IMG/VR virus record: IMGVR_UViG_3300048856_000031
Span: 1 to 28,433 of that record
Reading direction: 5' to 3' (one strand)
From: a virus
Taxonomy: Duplodnaviria; Caudoviricetes
Length of the DNA: 28,433 nucleotides
Shown: positions 15,397 through 24,641 of the stretch, one piece after another
How the letters are laid out: every line of letters begins with the position of its first letter
Numbering within the stretch: the first letter of the stretch is position 1
Translations under genes and position numbers: made by a program
Notes under the pieces: generated by a model
The model's input: the letters and a program-made list of their open reading frames with translations, nothing else
What the model was told of the DNA's origin: nothing
Databases searched by the model: none

Positions 15397-16272
15397 ATGG
15401 ATGGACAGTTTTTGGACCACGGCGGGGCCGGCGGTCAATACAATATGGTGCCTGTCGAGGGCGGCTTCCGCTACGGCACCAGCATGATCAACGAGCGCGG
15501 CGAGATGCTGTCGCTGACCGATATGTGGAAGGCGGCCGGGGCCGACCCGTCGCGGCAGCCTGCTGAATGGCTCCGGTCGGCTGAGGCCACCCGCTTCTGT
15601 GAGTATCTGGCCGAAAGTTTAAACCTGGGAATTTCCCAGGTTTGGATTTCCAAGCCGGGTCGGCATGGCGGTGGAACATGGGCGCACTGGCAGGTGGCTA
15701 TGGCTTATGCCAAGTACCTGAGCCCTGAGTTCCACATGGCCTGCAACGTGATAGTTCGGGCGCACATGGAGGGTCGGACCGAGGTTTTCGCCCAGGATGG
15801 CATAAACCCCCTCGGCGTCCACCGAACTGTCGTTCGCCCGGCCACGCTCCGTGAGGTTGCTGTATCGCTGGACGCGTGCCTACGGATCGCTAAGCGGTTC
15901 GGCATTGTCGGCAATCAGGCGCTCCTCATGGCGTCGCGGGCTACCGAGAAGCACATTGGGGTGAACCCCATGGTCATGATGGGCATCCCTTCGCTGGAGG
16001 CGCCCGAAGCCGAGCAGCATCTGAACGTCAGTGATATTGGTCGGCGGCTGGACGGACGGTCCGGAAAGGCCGTGAACCAGTTGCTCAAGGAGCGGGGGTT
16101 TCAGACCGATCACCGCAATGCGAAGGGCGACCTCATTTGGGAGCCGACGAAGGCGGGCGGGCGGTTTGCCGTGATGGTGGACACCGGCAAGAAGCAGGGG
16201 GACGGAGCCCCGGTTCGGCAGCTTCGCTGGCGCTCTGGTATCCTGACGGTGCTCAAGGGGGAGGCGCACTGA
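15397..16272 (+). CDS. KilA-N domain phage antirepressor
   Basis: LSLTDMWKAAG...PAEWLR...GGGTWAHWQVAMAYAKYLSPEFH (KilA-N); C-terminal SGKAVNQLLKERGFQ...WEPTKAG...QLRW antirepressor-type domain; GGAG SD before ATG 15397. Confidence 0.9.
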   Translation: MDGQFLDHGGAGGQYNMVPVEGGFRYGTSMINERGEMLSLTDMWKAAGADPSRQPAEWLRSAEATRFCEYLAESLNLGISQVWISKPGRHGGGTWAHWQVAMAYAKYLSPEFHMACNVIVRAHMEGRTEVFAQDGINPLGVHRTVVRPATLREVAVSLDACLRIAKRFGIVGNQALLMASRATEKHIGVNPMVMMGIPSLEAPEAEQHLNVSDIGRRLDGRSGKAVNQLLKERGFQTDHRNAKGDLIWEPTKAGGRFAVMVDTGKKQGDGAPVRQLRWRSGILTVLKGEAH

Positions 16273-16481
16273 TGACCGCCCGGGAACGTTCGCAGGACAG
16301 CGAAGCTAACCTCAGGGAAAGCACCTGGGCTGAATACCAGCTACTCCGCGCCGTGTGGGCTCTTGCAGGTACCGAAGTGACGGTGCGGACATGCCTCACA
16401 ACCGGGATCGACCCGGCCATACTCGACGACATCATAGCCAAACCGGTTCTTCGGCCGGCAGGCGTTCACTGGCTCGGCTAG
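16272..16481 (+). CDS. Small hypothetical protein coupled to the antirepressor, 69 aa
   Basis: TGATG overlap at 16270-16274, GGAGG SD; MTARERSQDSEANL... Confidence 0.6.
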   Translation: MTARERSQDSEANLRESTWAEYQLLRAVWALAGTEVTVRTCLTTGIDPAILDDIIAKPVLRPAGVHWLG

Positions 16482-16509
16482 TCAGTAGCCTAGCGTAAGT
16501 TTGGTTCAG

Positions 16510-16536
16510 AGGGCGTCCTTCCGGGGGCGCCCTTTT
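16510..16536 (+). terminator. Intrinsic terminator after the antirepressor operon, before the tape measure gene
   Basis: AGGGCGTCCT-TCCG-GGGGCGCCCT followed by TTT. Confidence 0.7.
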
Positions 16537-16556
16537 CATTTGGAGGTCTGCAACGC

Positions 16557-19500
16557 ATGGCAACGGTCTCCCAGGTGACCGAGGCTGTCTACCGCGCGCG
16601 GTACGACAACCAAGTCTCGGCCGGCGCTGCCGCTGCCACCAAGGCTCTCCAGGAGAACACGGCGGCGGTCGTCCAGAACGAGACGGCGGTTACCCGGGCG
16701 ACGAAGAGCGCCAACACTCTTGCGAACCAGTACGACCCTATTACTCAGAAGACGCGTGCCCTCACGAAGGCGCAGCAGGATCTTGCGCAAGCCCAGACCA
16801 CCATGGCGAATGCCGTGGCGACCGGGGCCAAGTCTCAGGAACAGGCAGACCGCGTCCTCCAGACGCTCAGCGCCCGGGTAGCGCGCACCCAGGCTGACCT
16901 AGACGCTGTCACGCGCGCCCACTCCAGCGCCAGCGCTGCGACCGCGCAGCTCGGCGCCAGCAGCCGCGTGACTGCTCAACAGCTCCAGCAGCTTACACCG
17001 CAGTTGAACGACATCTTCGTCACCATCGCCGGTGGCATGAGCCCCATGCAGGTGATGATCCAGCAGGGGCCGCAGATCACCCAGATCTTCGGGGGTGTTC
17101 GGAACACCTTTGCTGCCGTGGCGGCATCTGTCGGACCCATGCGGCTTGCCGTCATAGGGGCGACCACGGCGTTCGGCGGTCTCGTTGCTATGGCAGAGAC
17201 GGTGGAGCGGCGCCTTGATGCCGTGGCTGATCGACTGCGGGCTACGCGCACAAACTTCGACGCCATGGCGGCCAACGTCGTTGCCGCAGGCCGAGTGGGT
17301 GAGGGCGCGTCGATCGGTCGCACCGAACGTACCGCCGTGGCTCAGACGATCGCATCCGCGCCCAACTTCCAGGGCACGGCTCAGGACCTAGTTACCCTGA
17401 CCCGGGTTTCGGAGGACTTGGCCGCTGTTATGGGTAAGGACGCCACTGAGGCCGCGGGCGTACTCGCCAAGGCTATGCGCGAGCCCGGCGTGGTGGCGCG
17501 CGAGCTCTACGAGGATTACTTCCCCGGGCTGGACAAGAGCCTGACGAAGCAGATCGAGCAGCTTGCCAAGTCTGGCCAGAGTGCGAGTGCGTTCGGCAAG
17601 CTGTTGGAGGTGTTGAAGAAGCAGACAGAAGACGCTGCTGGCCCGGTGACGCCGCTCGAAGCCGCCTGGCGGAACCTGCGGGAGGAACTGAGCCGCGCCT
17701 GGGATGTCCTGAAGGCGCCCTTCGACACGGCTGACAGCCCAGCCATGAAGGTCCTGGCATGGACGATCGACCGGCTGGCGGACCTGCTCCGCATCGTCCG
17801 GGAACTGGACGAGTACGCCAACAATGGCCCTCTTGGCCGGCTGCTCGGGTTCTCAAGCGATGCGCCCCTCTCGGGAAGCGGTGATGACGCGCTGTCTGCT
17901 GGTGCTGTCGGGAACCTGCGGAGCCGAAAGAACAGTGGCGCCACTGCCAGCAATCCGGTTGAGGATAACCTTCGGTCTCTGCGCGAACAGGCACAACTTG
18001 CCCGTGAGGCTGCCGGCGCATCGCGAGAGCTTCTCCAGGCAGAGCAGGCTCTGCGGACCGCTGGCAAGGGACATGGCGGTGTTACCGACGCTCAAGTGGC
18101 TCAGGCTCGCAGTCTGGTCCAAGCCCGTCTCAACGAGCAGCTCCGAGACTATGTCGTTGATCTCCATCGGCAAGCAGACGTTGAGGAACTGACCGCCAGG
18201 GCTGTTGCCGGTGGCACGAAGGAGCAATGGGCGGCCGTCACGGCCAATCAGGCGCATCTCGAGGCACTGAAGTACGGGAAGATCGGGTCGGAAGAGTACC
18301 TCCGCGCGATCACGCAGATCACCGGCGCGCTTGAACGGCTGAATGAACAACAGCAGGCATCGCGCGATGCGACAACGCTGCGGACGCAGGAGCAGCAGGT
18401 GGCTCTCCTGGAGCAGGAGGCGAGACTTCTTGGGGCGAGCGCTGATGAGCGGGAGAGGGAACTTGCCGCGCTCCAGGAGCGGCAGCGCATCATCAATGAG
18501 AAGGGTGATCCGGACAGCGAAGCTGGCCAGAGGCGGATCATGGGCGCCCGCAACCTGGTCGACGCCACCCGCCAGACTACGCAGCTTCGCAACTCGATGG
18601 AGGAACTGCAGCGGATTGGCGAGCAGGCCTTCGACAGGATCGGCGGCGCGATCACGGAAGCCTTCGCGAACGGTTCGCTGAAGGCCGTCGACTTCAAGAA
18701 CATCGCCAAGGCGGTGTTTAGTGAGGTCTTGCAGGCCGCGATGCGCTTAGCTGTGGTCAATCCGATTTTGAACAGCGCCTTCGGCGGATCCCGGGGGACC
18801 CTGGGCGGCATCGGCACTGTTATGGCTGGCATGGGCGATGCGTCACTTGGCGGCGGGAGCGGTCTGGTGGGCTACGCCCAGCAGGGCGCGCAGGCGTACT
18901 CAATGTACGACAAGCTGTCGGGCATCAATCCGGGCAACTACATCAGCGGCGCAACCAGCTTCAACACTGGCTATGGCTGGCTGGACGGCGTGCTAAACAC
19001 CCCGGTTTGGGGCAGCGCGAATGCCGGCGTCAACGCCGGTGGGGCGGTGACGAATGCGGCCGGCTATGGCTCCATGGCGCAAAGTTCCATCGATGCGGCT
19101 GGGAGCGCCACTGCTGCGGGTGTCGGTGAGGGCGGAGCAGGTTTGGCGGGGACCTATGGCGGCTATGCCATGGGTGTGGCGGGCATCGCTGGCGGCCTCT
19201 ATGGCGCCTACACCGGCATCCAGCGCGGCGGCGTGGGCGGCTACACCCAGGCTGCAGGCGGTGCGGCCACGGCGGGACTGTCGGCGGCGGCCATGTATGG
19301 CGCCACGATCCCCGTCTACGGCTGGATCGCGGCCGCAGCATTGCTCGTCTTGGGCGCCTTGTTGCCGGGCCAGAAGCCGTCCGACCGTACCGGCACGGCC
19401 ACCTACTACACCAACGATCCGGCCAACCCCTCGGTGGGCGGCCTGAACGGCGACAGGTTCAGCCAGGAGAACCGCGACCAGGCCCTGTCCATCGGCGGCC

Positions 19501-20906
19501 AGTTGCTGGCGGTTGCCCAGAAGGTGGCTGATGTCACCTCGGTGCCGGATAACCGGGTGGAGACTTCCTACCGGGTGGCGGTCGGAGCGAGGGATGGGCT
19601 CAACGTCTTCTTCGGCGAAGACAAACTGCACGGCGAGATGAACGAGGAGGGGGTGACAGCGGTCACCCGCGCCTTCGTTCAGCGCATCCTTCTGACGGCC
19701 GCAGAGCAGACCACCGATGCCAATGTCCGCTCGGTGATCACCCGCTCTGGGGTGGACGATCCCGATAAGACCCTGGCAAACCTGGCCTGGTACAACGACA
19801 CCTACAAGGCGATGATCGCCGAGAGCGTGCAGCCGATCGCGGCCTTTGTGCAGCAGGTGAACGCCCTCGTGGCGCCCATTGACGAGGCAAAAACCAAGGC
19901 GCGCGAGCTGGGCATTGCAGAGGACGACCTCAACGCGGTGAGGTCCCGGGCGGTGCAGTCGCTGATCGACCAGCGCACCGCCACGCTCGATGCCATCAGG
20001 GCGAACGACAGCCAGCGGCAGGCGCTGGCTGCTGGAACGTCGAGCCTGACGCTGCAGATCCAGAACTTCAGCACCGCCGCACAGGCAGAGGTGAAGGCTC
20101 TGGATGATCAGTTGCGGGACCTCGACATCGCTCCGGAAGCACGTGCCACCTTCACGGCCGACCGCTGGCGCACCCTGGACGCCGAGTATCAGGCCCTGAC
20201 GCGGCAGCGCGACATGGCCAGCATGGCGAGCAGCAACAGCTTGTGGGACCGCTTCCAGGCCGCTTCGGGTAACGGGGACACCTTGGAGGGCGCGCTGTGG
20301 GACTATGACCGCCGCGCGCTCGCCGAGTGGACGGCGGCCGCGGCGGACGGCATCACCGATCTGACCTTGCTGCAAAAGGTGCAGACTGAAGAGCGGCTGG
20401 CGATAGAGCGGCGCTTTGGCGAGCAGGCCAGCGCTCTGGCCGAGCAACAGGCAGCCGAAGACTTGGCGCGGCGCCAGCAGGCTGAGCAGAGCGTGGCGGG
20501 GACGCTGGGCGGGATCACGCAGTTCATCCAGTCGCTTCAGTTCGGCGATGCCTCCAGCCTCTCGCCTGAGGCCCAGTTGCGGCTGGCCAACAGCCAGTTC
20601 GACATCCTGTCCACGCGGGCGCTGAATGGTGATTATGATGCCGTCAGCCAGATCACAGGCGCGGCCGGGAACCTGTTGAGCACCGGCCGCGGTGTGTATG
20701 CCAGCAGCGCCGGCTACACGGATCTGGAGCGAAGGGTGGTCGGGGTGCTTGAGGGCATCTCGAACATCTCTACCGACACCCTGACCAACAGCGCCATGGC
20801 CAGCATCGCCAAGGATCTTGGCGACCGGATCGTGGATGTGAACAACGAACTCAAAACCGAGATCCGCCTGCTGCGGAAGCAGATCGAGGGGATGGTTCCT
20901 GCATGA
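16557..20906 (+). CDS. Tail tape measure protein, 1449 aa
   Basis: QLNDIFVTIAGGMSPMQVMIQQGPQI lambda-family TMP motif; Ala/Gln-rich coiled coils; Gly-rich hydrophobic segment; GGAGG SD. Confidence 0.93.
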   Translation: MATVSQVTEAVYRARYDNQVSAGAAAATKALQENTAAVVQNETAVTRATKSANTLANQYDPITQKTRALTKAQQDLAQAQTTMANAVATGAKSQEQADRVLQTLSARVARTQADLDAVTRAHSSASAATAQLGASSRVTAQQLQQLTPQLNDIFVTIAGGMSPMQVMIQQGPQITQIFGGVRNTFAAVAASVGPMRLAVIGATTAFGGLVAMAETVERRLDAVADRLRATRTNFDAMAANVVAAGRVGEGASIGRTERTAVAQTIASAPNFQGTAQDLVTLTRVSEDLAAVMGKDATEAAGVLAKAMREPGVVARELYEDYFPGLDKSLTKQIEQLAKSGQSASAFGKLLEVLKKQTEDAAGPVTPLEAAWRNLREELSRAWDVLKAPFDTADSPAMKVLAWTIDRLADLLRIVRELDEYANNGPLGRLLGFSSDAPLSGSGDDALSAGAVGNLRSRKNSGATASNPVEDNLRSLREQAQLAREAAGASRELLQAEQALRTAGKGHGGVTDAQVAQARSLVQARLNEQLRDYVVDLHRQADVEELTARAVAGGTKEQWAAVTANQAHLEALKYGKIGSEEYLRAITQITGALERLNEQQQASRDATTLRTQEQQVALLEQEARLLGASADERERELAALQERQRIINEKGDPDSEAGQRRIMGARNLVDATRQTTQLRNSMEELQRIGEQAFDRIGGAITEAFANGSLKAVDFKNIAKAVFSEVLQAAMRLAVVNPILNSAFGGSRGTLGGIGTVMAGMGDASLGGGSGLVGYAQQGAQAYSMYDKLSGINPGNYISGATSFNTGYGWLDGVLNTPVWGSANAGVNAGGAVTNAAGYGSMAQSSIDAAGSATAAGVGEGGAGLAGTYGGYAMGVAGIAGGLYGAYTGIQRGGVGGYTQAAGGAATAGLSAAAMYGATIPVYGWIAAAALLVLGALLPGQKPSDRTGTATYYTNDPANPSVGGLNGDRFSQENRDQALSIGGQLLAVAQKVADVTSVPDNRVETSYRVAVGARDGLNVFFGEDKLHGEMNEEGVTAVTRAFVQRILLTAAEQTTDANVRSVITRSGVDDPDKTLANLAWYNDTYKAMIAESVQPIAAFVQQVNALVAPIDEAKTKARELGIAEDDLNAVRSRAVQSLIDQRTATLDAIRANDSQRQALAAGTSSLTLQIQNFSTAAQAEVKALDDQLRDLDIAPEARATFTADRWRTLDAEYQALTRQRDMASMASSNSLWDRFQAASGNGDTLEGALWDYDRRALAEWTAAAADGITDLTLLQKVQTEERLAIERRFGEQASALAEQQAAEDLARRQQAEQSVAGTLGGITQFIQSLQFGDASSLSPEAQLRLANSQFDILSTRALNGDYDAVSQITGAAGNLLSTGRGVYASSAGYTDLERRVVGVLEGISNISTDTLTNSAMASIAKDLGDRIVDVNNELKTEIRLLRKQIEGMVPA

Positions 20907-22582
20907 CCGGGTTCCTGATCCCGGGCGTCACGGCGCCCGGCACCGGGCCAAGCGGGGCAGACTACTATCCCGGCGAGTTCGTGGTGTCGGACCTGCCGGA
21001 CCTGCCGGACGAGTGGCTGTGCGAGTTGGGCACGGCGCCGGCGCCGATGAGTGTGCAGCCCCCGGCGCTGGCGACCCCTGGCGCCTGGGCCATGGGTGCG
21101 GCGCCGGATAGTGCTGCCTCGGTGGCCGCCCCTGACGGGACGGTGCTGCGGCTCAGCCTGCGCGGCTGGATCGGGGAGCCATCGGACGATCAGATGGCCA
21201 ACGTGCTCTACGCCAAGCGCCTGGTGGAGCCGCCGACGCTGGTTCGCAGCATCCGCGTTCTGCCGGAGGACAGCGCCCGCCTCAGTTTCCAGTCTGGCGA
21301 GCTTTCCCTCGACAACGCGGATGGCGGCCTGGATGTGCTGGGCGGCGACTGGACGATGGCTGGCCGTCCCGCGGTGCTGCGCCGTGGGCCGCACCGGACG
21401 CCGATCCGGGCGCGGTATGGCGAGTTTGGCCGGGTCGCGGATCTGCGCATCACGTCGGCGGCCCTAACCAGCGGGGATCGGCTGACCCTGGGACTGCGGG
21501 AGGCTGCCACCGACCTCTCTGTTCCGGCGTGTCAGACCTACACCGGCACTGGCGGCCTGGAGGGTGATGCGAGCCTGAAGGGACAACTGCGGCCTCTGCT
21601 GCTAGGCATCAAGCGCCAGATCCAACTGCTGCTGCTGCTGTCGTCCCCCCTCGTGTGGCAGGTGGCGGCGGGCCCCTTGCTGCAGGTCTTCGGGGTGCGT
21701 GATCAGGGCGCCGACCTCACTCCGGCTGGCGACTATCCGAGCCTCGCGGCGCTGCTGGGCGCGACCGTCCCGCCGGGTAGCTACGCGACCTGCCTGGCGC
21801 TGGGGCTGGTTCGGACAGGCCGCAAGCCATTCGGGATGCTGACCGCCGACGCTCAGGCGGCGGGAGACGGCTCGCACGGGGGCATTGCCCTGGCGCTGCT
21901 GCGCGGCCCCGGCGGACTGCCTGAGGACCGCATCGTGGCCTCCGGCTTCGCCTCGCTGCCCGGCGGCCTTGCTGGCTGGATCTGGACCGGCGGCACCGTC
22001 GCCGCGGCGCTGGATGAGGTGCTGCGCTCCTGCGGGGGCTGGTGGGGCTCGGATCGGCTGGGCCGCATCGTGGCCGGTCGGCTGGTGCGGCCGGACCTCA
22101 TGGCCCCTCGCTTCACCTTGGAGCGGTGGATGCTGACGGCAGAGCCCAGTGAGGAGCGGGGGGCGGTGCCGCGCTACCGTCAGCGGGTCGCCTACCGGCG
22201 CCTGGCGACGGTGCAGAGCGCCACGGATCTAGTCGGCCTCGACGCTGACAAAGCGGCGCTGGTGGCGGCCTATGGAACAGACCAGCAGGTGGCCACGGCC
22301 TACAGCGCAGCCACCTATGATGCCTACCCCTCCGCGACTGACCCTGATCCGCTGCCATCCGGCTACGACGCCGAGGCGGACGCGCAGATCCTGGCGGACG
22401 AGCTGCTGGCGCTGCACGGCGTGCGGCGGCGGCGCTGGCGGGTGCCGGTCGGCAAATGGGGCCACCTGATCGACCTGGGCGACGTGGTGGCGGTCGATCA
22501 CCCGCGCCTGTCGGGAAAAAGCTGGGTAGCGATTGCCTCGGACGAAGTCGGCGACGCGAAGACATTGACGCTGTGGGGATGA
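20903..22582 (+). CDS. Tail tip / hub-like protein, 559 aa
   Basis: ATGA overlap with TMP; GELSLDNADGGLD, YTGTGGLEG, IDLGDVVAV...TLTLWG motifs typical of post-TMP tail proteins. Confidence 0.7.
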   Translation: MTGFLIPGVTAPGTGPSGADYYPGEFVVSDLPDLPDEWLCELGTAPAPMSVQPPALATPGAWAMGAAPDSAASVAAPDGTVLRLSLRGWIGEPSDDQMANVLYAKRLVEPPTLVRSIRVLPEDSARLSFQSGELSLDNADGGLDVLGGDWTMAGRPAVLRRGPHRTPIRARYGEFGRVADLRITSAALTSGDRLTLGLREAATDLSVPACQTYTGTGGLEGDASLKGQLRPLLLGIKRQIQLLLLLSSPLVWQVAAGPLLQVFGVRDQGADLTPAGDYPSLAALLGATVPPGSYATCLALGLVRTGRKPFGMLTADAQAAGDGSHGGIALALLRGPGGLPEDRIVASGFASLPGGLAGWIWTGGTVAAALDEVLRSCGGWWGSDRLGRIVAGRLVRPDLMAPRFTLERWMLTAEPSEERGAVPRYRQRVAYRRLATVQSATDLVGLDADKAALVAAYGTDQQVATAYSAATYDAYPSATDPDPLPSGYDAEADAQILADELLALHGVRRRRWRVPVGKWGHLIDLGDVVAVDHPRLSGKSWVAIASDEVGDAKTLTLWG

Positions 22583-22608
22583 TCTCGATGACGCAGGAGG
22601 GCCGCTAG

Positions 22609-23394
22609 ATGGCCGATCAGGTCTATTTGCTCGACCGCGTGAGGGTCGCGACGACGACCGGCGGCACGGGCGCGCTGGCCGCTGGTGCCTCGCCGCAGGG
22701 CTGGCTGTCCCCTGCGGCTGCGGGGGCTGTCTCTGGCCGCTCCTACACCTGGATTTGCGAAAGCGAGGATGGCGCGACCTGGGAGGAGTTCGAGGGGGTC
22801 TATGCCGCGGGCTCTCCAGCCACGATCAGCCGAGACCTCATCTTCCGCAACTCGGCCGGTACGCAGGCCGCCATCAACTGGTCGGCAGGCACCACGAAGC
22901 GGATCACCTGCGTCGCAGTATCGCCACGGTTGCCCTACCTCGGCAAAGACGGCTTGCTGCCGAACGCCATGATGGCGCAGGCGCTGATTTGTCAGTTGGG
23001 GTCGACCGTCGCACGATCTATCCCTCACGCGACCGGCACCACATTCAACTTCGACACGCTGGGCGCGAACAGCCTTGGTGGCGCCTCTGGCCCTGCCGGT
23101 TCGTACAACGGGGTCGTGCTGCCCGTGGGCGGCGCCTACTCCGTAGAAGCGAATGTGGTGTTCGCCAGCAACGGCGTGGGCATCCGCAACCTGTCCCTGG
23201 TCATCAACAACACCTTCCCGCTTGCGATCGATCAGAAGGTCGCGGCCGGTCTTGGCCAAGTTTCGCTTCGGGGCTCCTGGCGCGGCGGTCTGAACGCCAA
23301 CGATACGCTCTCCGTTCAGGTATCGCAGGACAGTGGCGGTGCCTTGGTGGCTGGAGGCGGCCTGACCACCAACATGACCGTCGTGAGGCTCTGA
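22609..23394 (+). CDS. Putative tail fibre / receptor-binding protein with C1q/TNF-like C-terminal domain
   Basis: DRVRVATTTGGTG fibre-type N-terminus; C-terminal beta sandwich pattern FNFDT...PVGGAYSVEANV...LNANDTLSVQV; AGGAGG SD. Confidence 0.65.
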   Translation: MADQVYLLDRVRVATTTGGTGALAAGASPQGWLSPAAAGAVSGRSYTWICESEDGATWEEFEGVYAAGSPATISRDLIFRNSAGTQAAINWSAGTTKRITCVAVSPRLPYLGKDGLLPNAMMAQALICQLGSTVARSIPHATGTTFNFDTLGANSLGGASGPAGSYNGVVLPVGGAYSVEANVVFASNGVGIRNLSLVINNTFPLAIDQKVAAGLGQVSLRGSWRGGLNANDTLSVQVSQDSGGALVAGGGLTTNMTVVRL

Positions 23395-23804
23395 TGACAG
23401 CATCGGTTCTGATTTCTCCTCAGGCGGATCTGGTCCTGATCGCCACTCTCGCCGGTAACGGCGACATGGCAGCCCGCCGCTATGACGGTGAGCGGCTGTA
23501 TGTGGATGGCGTGACGCAGGCGGATTTGAATGCGGCGCTCGCTCAGGTCGGTGATGGCGCATCGACGCGCATCCCCGTGCCGGAGAGCGTCACGCCGCTG
23601 CAAGCCCGCAAGGCGCTGCGGTCGGCTGGCCTTTTGCCACAGGTTCAAGCCGCAATCGCTGCGGCCGGCGAGGCGGCGCAGGAAGAATGGGACTTCGCGT
23701 TGGAGGTGCGGCGTGATCATGCGCTGCTGAACACTGTCGCCACAGACCTCGGCCTCGATAGCGAGGGCGTCGACGACCTGTTCCGGAGCGCGGTTCTCCT
23801 GTGA
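23394..23804 (+). CDS. Putative tail fibre assembly chaperone, 136 aa
   Basis: VPESVTPLQARKAL...EWDFALEVRRD...LGL...VDDLF motif seen downstream of fibre genes; TGATG coupling at 23392-23396. Confidence 0.7.
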   Translation: MTASVLISPQADLVLIATLAGNGDMAARRYDGERLYVDGVTQADLNAALAQVGDGASTRIPVPESVTPLQARKALRSAGLLPQVQAAIAAAGEAAQEEWDFALEVRRDHALLNTVATDLGLDSEGVDDLFRSAVLL

Positions 23805-23825
23805 TCAGCATCGGGAGCTAGATCA

Positions 23826-24641
23826 ATGCCGTCCCTGATCTCCGCGGTGAACCTGGCAGAGCTGCCGGGCGTGTCCATCTCGACCAACTCCGAGGTGGCG
23901 GGGCTGGGCGTGCGGGCGCTTCTGACTGAGCGCCTGGGCGAGATCTGGCGCACCGGGTCGGGCGCCACGCGCGGGCTCTGGATTGATCTCGGCTCATTGC
24001 AGTGGGTGCGCACCATTGCACTCTTTGCGCCCCGCGACGGCGTGCTCCCAGAGGAAGGGGCGGGGATGGATCTCTCCATCTCAGCGATTGCTCAGGGCGG
24101 CGAAGATCTGGGAAAAGCTGGCGACCTGCCTGTGGTCGACGCCGCGGGGCGAATTGTGACGGACATGCAGGGTGCCGATTTCGTGGTGCGCTCGGGATCG
24201 GTGCTCAGTCTGCCGCGCGGCCTTTGGTGCTGGGTGCTGCCGGAGCCAACCCGGCTGCGCTACGTCCAGATCCTCATGACCTCGACGCGACCCTACCTCC
24301 AGTTCAGCCGGCTGTGGATCGGGCCTGCTTTGTTGCCGCTGCGTGACCCATCGCCGAATGGCTATGCGCCCGGCGGCACGGACGAGCGGTTCAGTCTGCC
24401 GCGCCGCACCGCCCGGTTCACCTTGCCGGTGCTGAGTGAGCCTGAGGCGGACGCGCTGGAGACCATCGGTTTGGAAGCTGGGACCCAGCGCCAAGTATTC
24501 GTGGTGCCTCGCATTGAGCGTGCCGACCGGACGGGCTTCTTCGGCAAATTCACCGCCATCCCGGTGCCGGCGCCGCAGCAGGCATGGAATGAACGGGGGC
24601 GCGTCTATGCCGTCGATATCGCTGCGCAGGAGGATCGCTGA
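23826..24641 (+). CDS. Tail protein, possibly distal-tail-like with galactose-binding-type jelly roll, 271 aa
   Basis: EIWRT, LWIDLG, LRYVQI, SRLWIGP and RRTARFTL motifs; GGGAG SD. Confidence 0.6.
   Translation: MPSLISAVNLAELPGVSISTNSEVAGLGVRALLTERLGEIWRTGSGATRGLWIDLGSLQWVRTIALFAPRDGVLPEEGAGMDLSISAIAQGGEDLGKAGDLPVVDAAGRIVTDMQGADFVVRSGSVLSLPRGLWCWVLPEPTRLRYVQILMTSTRPYLQFSRLWIGPALLPLRDPSPNGYAPGGTDERFSLPRRTARFTLPVLSEPEADALETIGLEAGTQRQVFVVPRIERADRTGFFGKFTAIPVPAPQQAWNERGRVYAVDIAAQEDR

Noticed and set aside
16557-20906. Peptidoglycan hydrolase domain within the tape measure protein
   Set aside because: No transglycosylase, lysozyme or peptidase motif recognised by eye; a profile search would be needed to exclude it
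21626-21640. (CTG)5 tract encoding LLLLL in the hub-like gene
   Set aside because: Short, in-frame and made of the commonest Leu codon; no evidence for phase variation
2391-22565. Many long minus-strand and alternate-frame ORFs over structural genes (e.g. 4522..5589, 7684..8649, 10762..11742, 18993..20447)
   Set aside because: Expected shadows in high-GC coding DNA; no motifs or ribosome-binding sites noticed
22755-23393. N-terminal part of the listed 349-aa ORF 22755..23804
   Set aside because: Out-of-frame overlap with the fibre gene; the likely start is the coupled ATG at 23394
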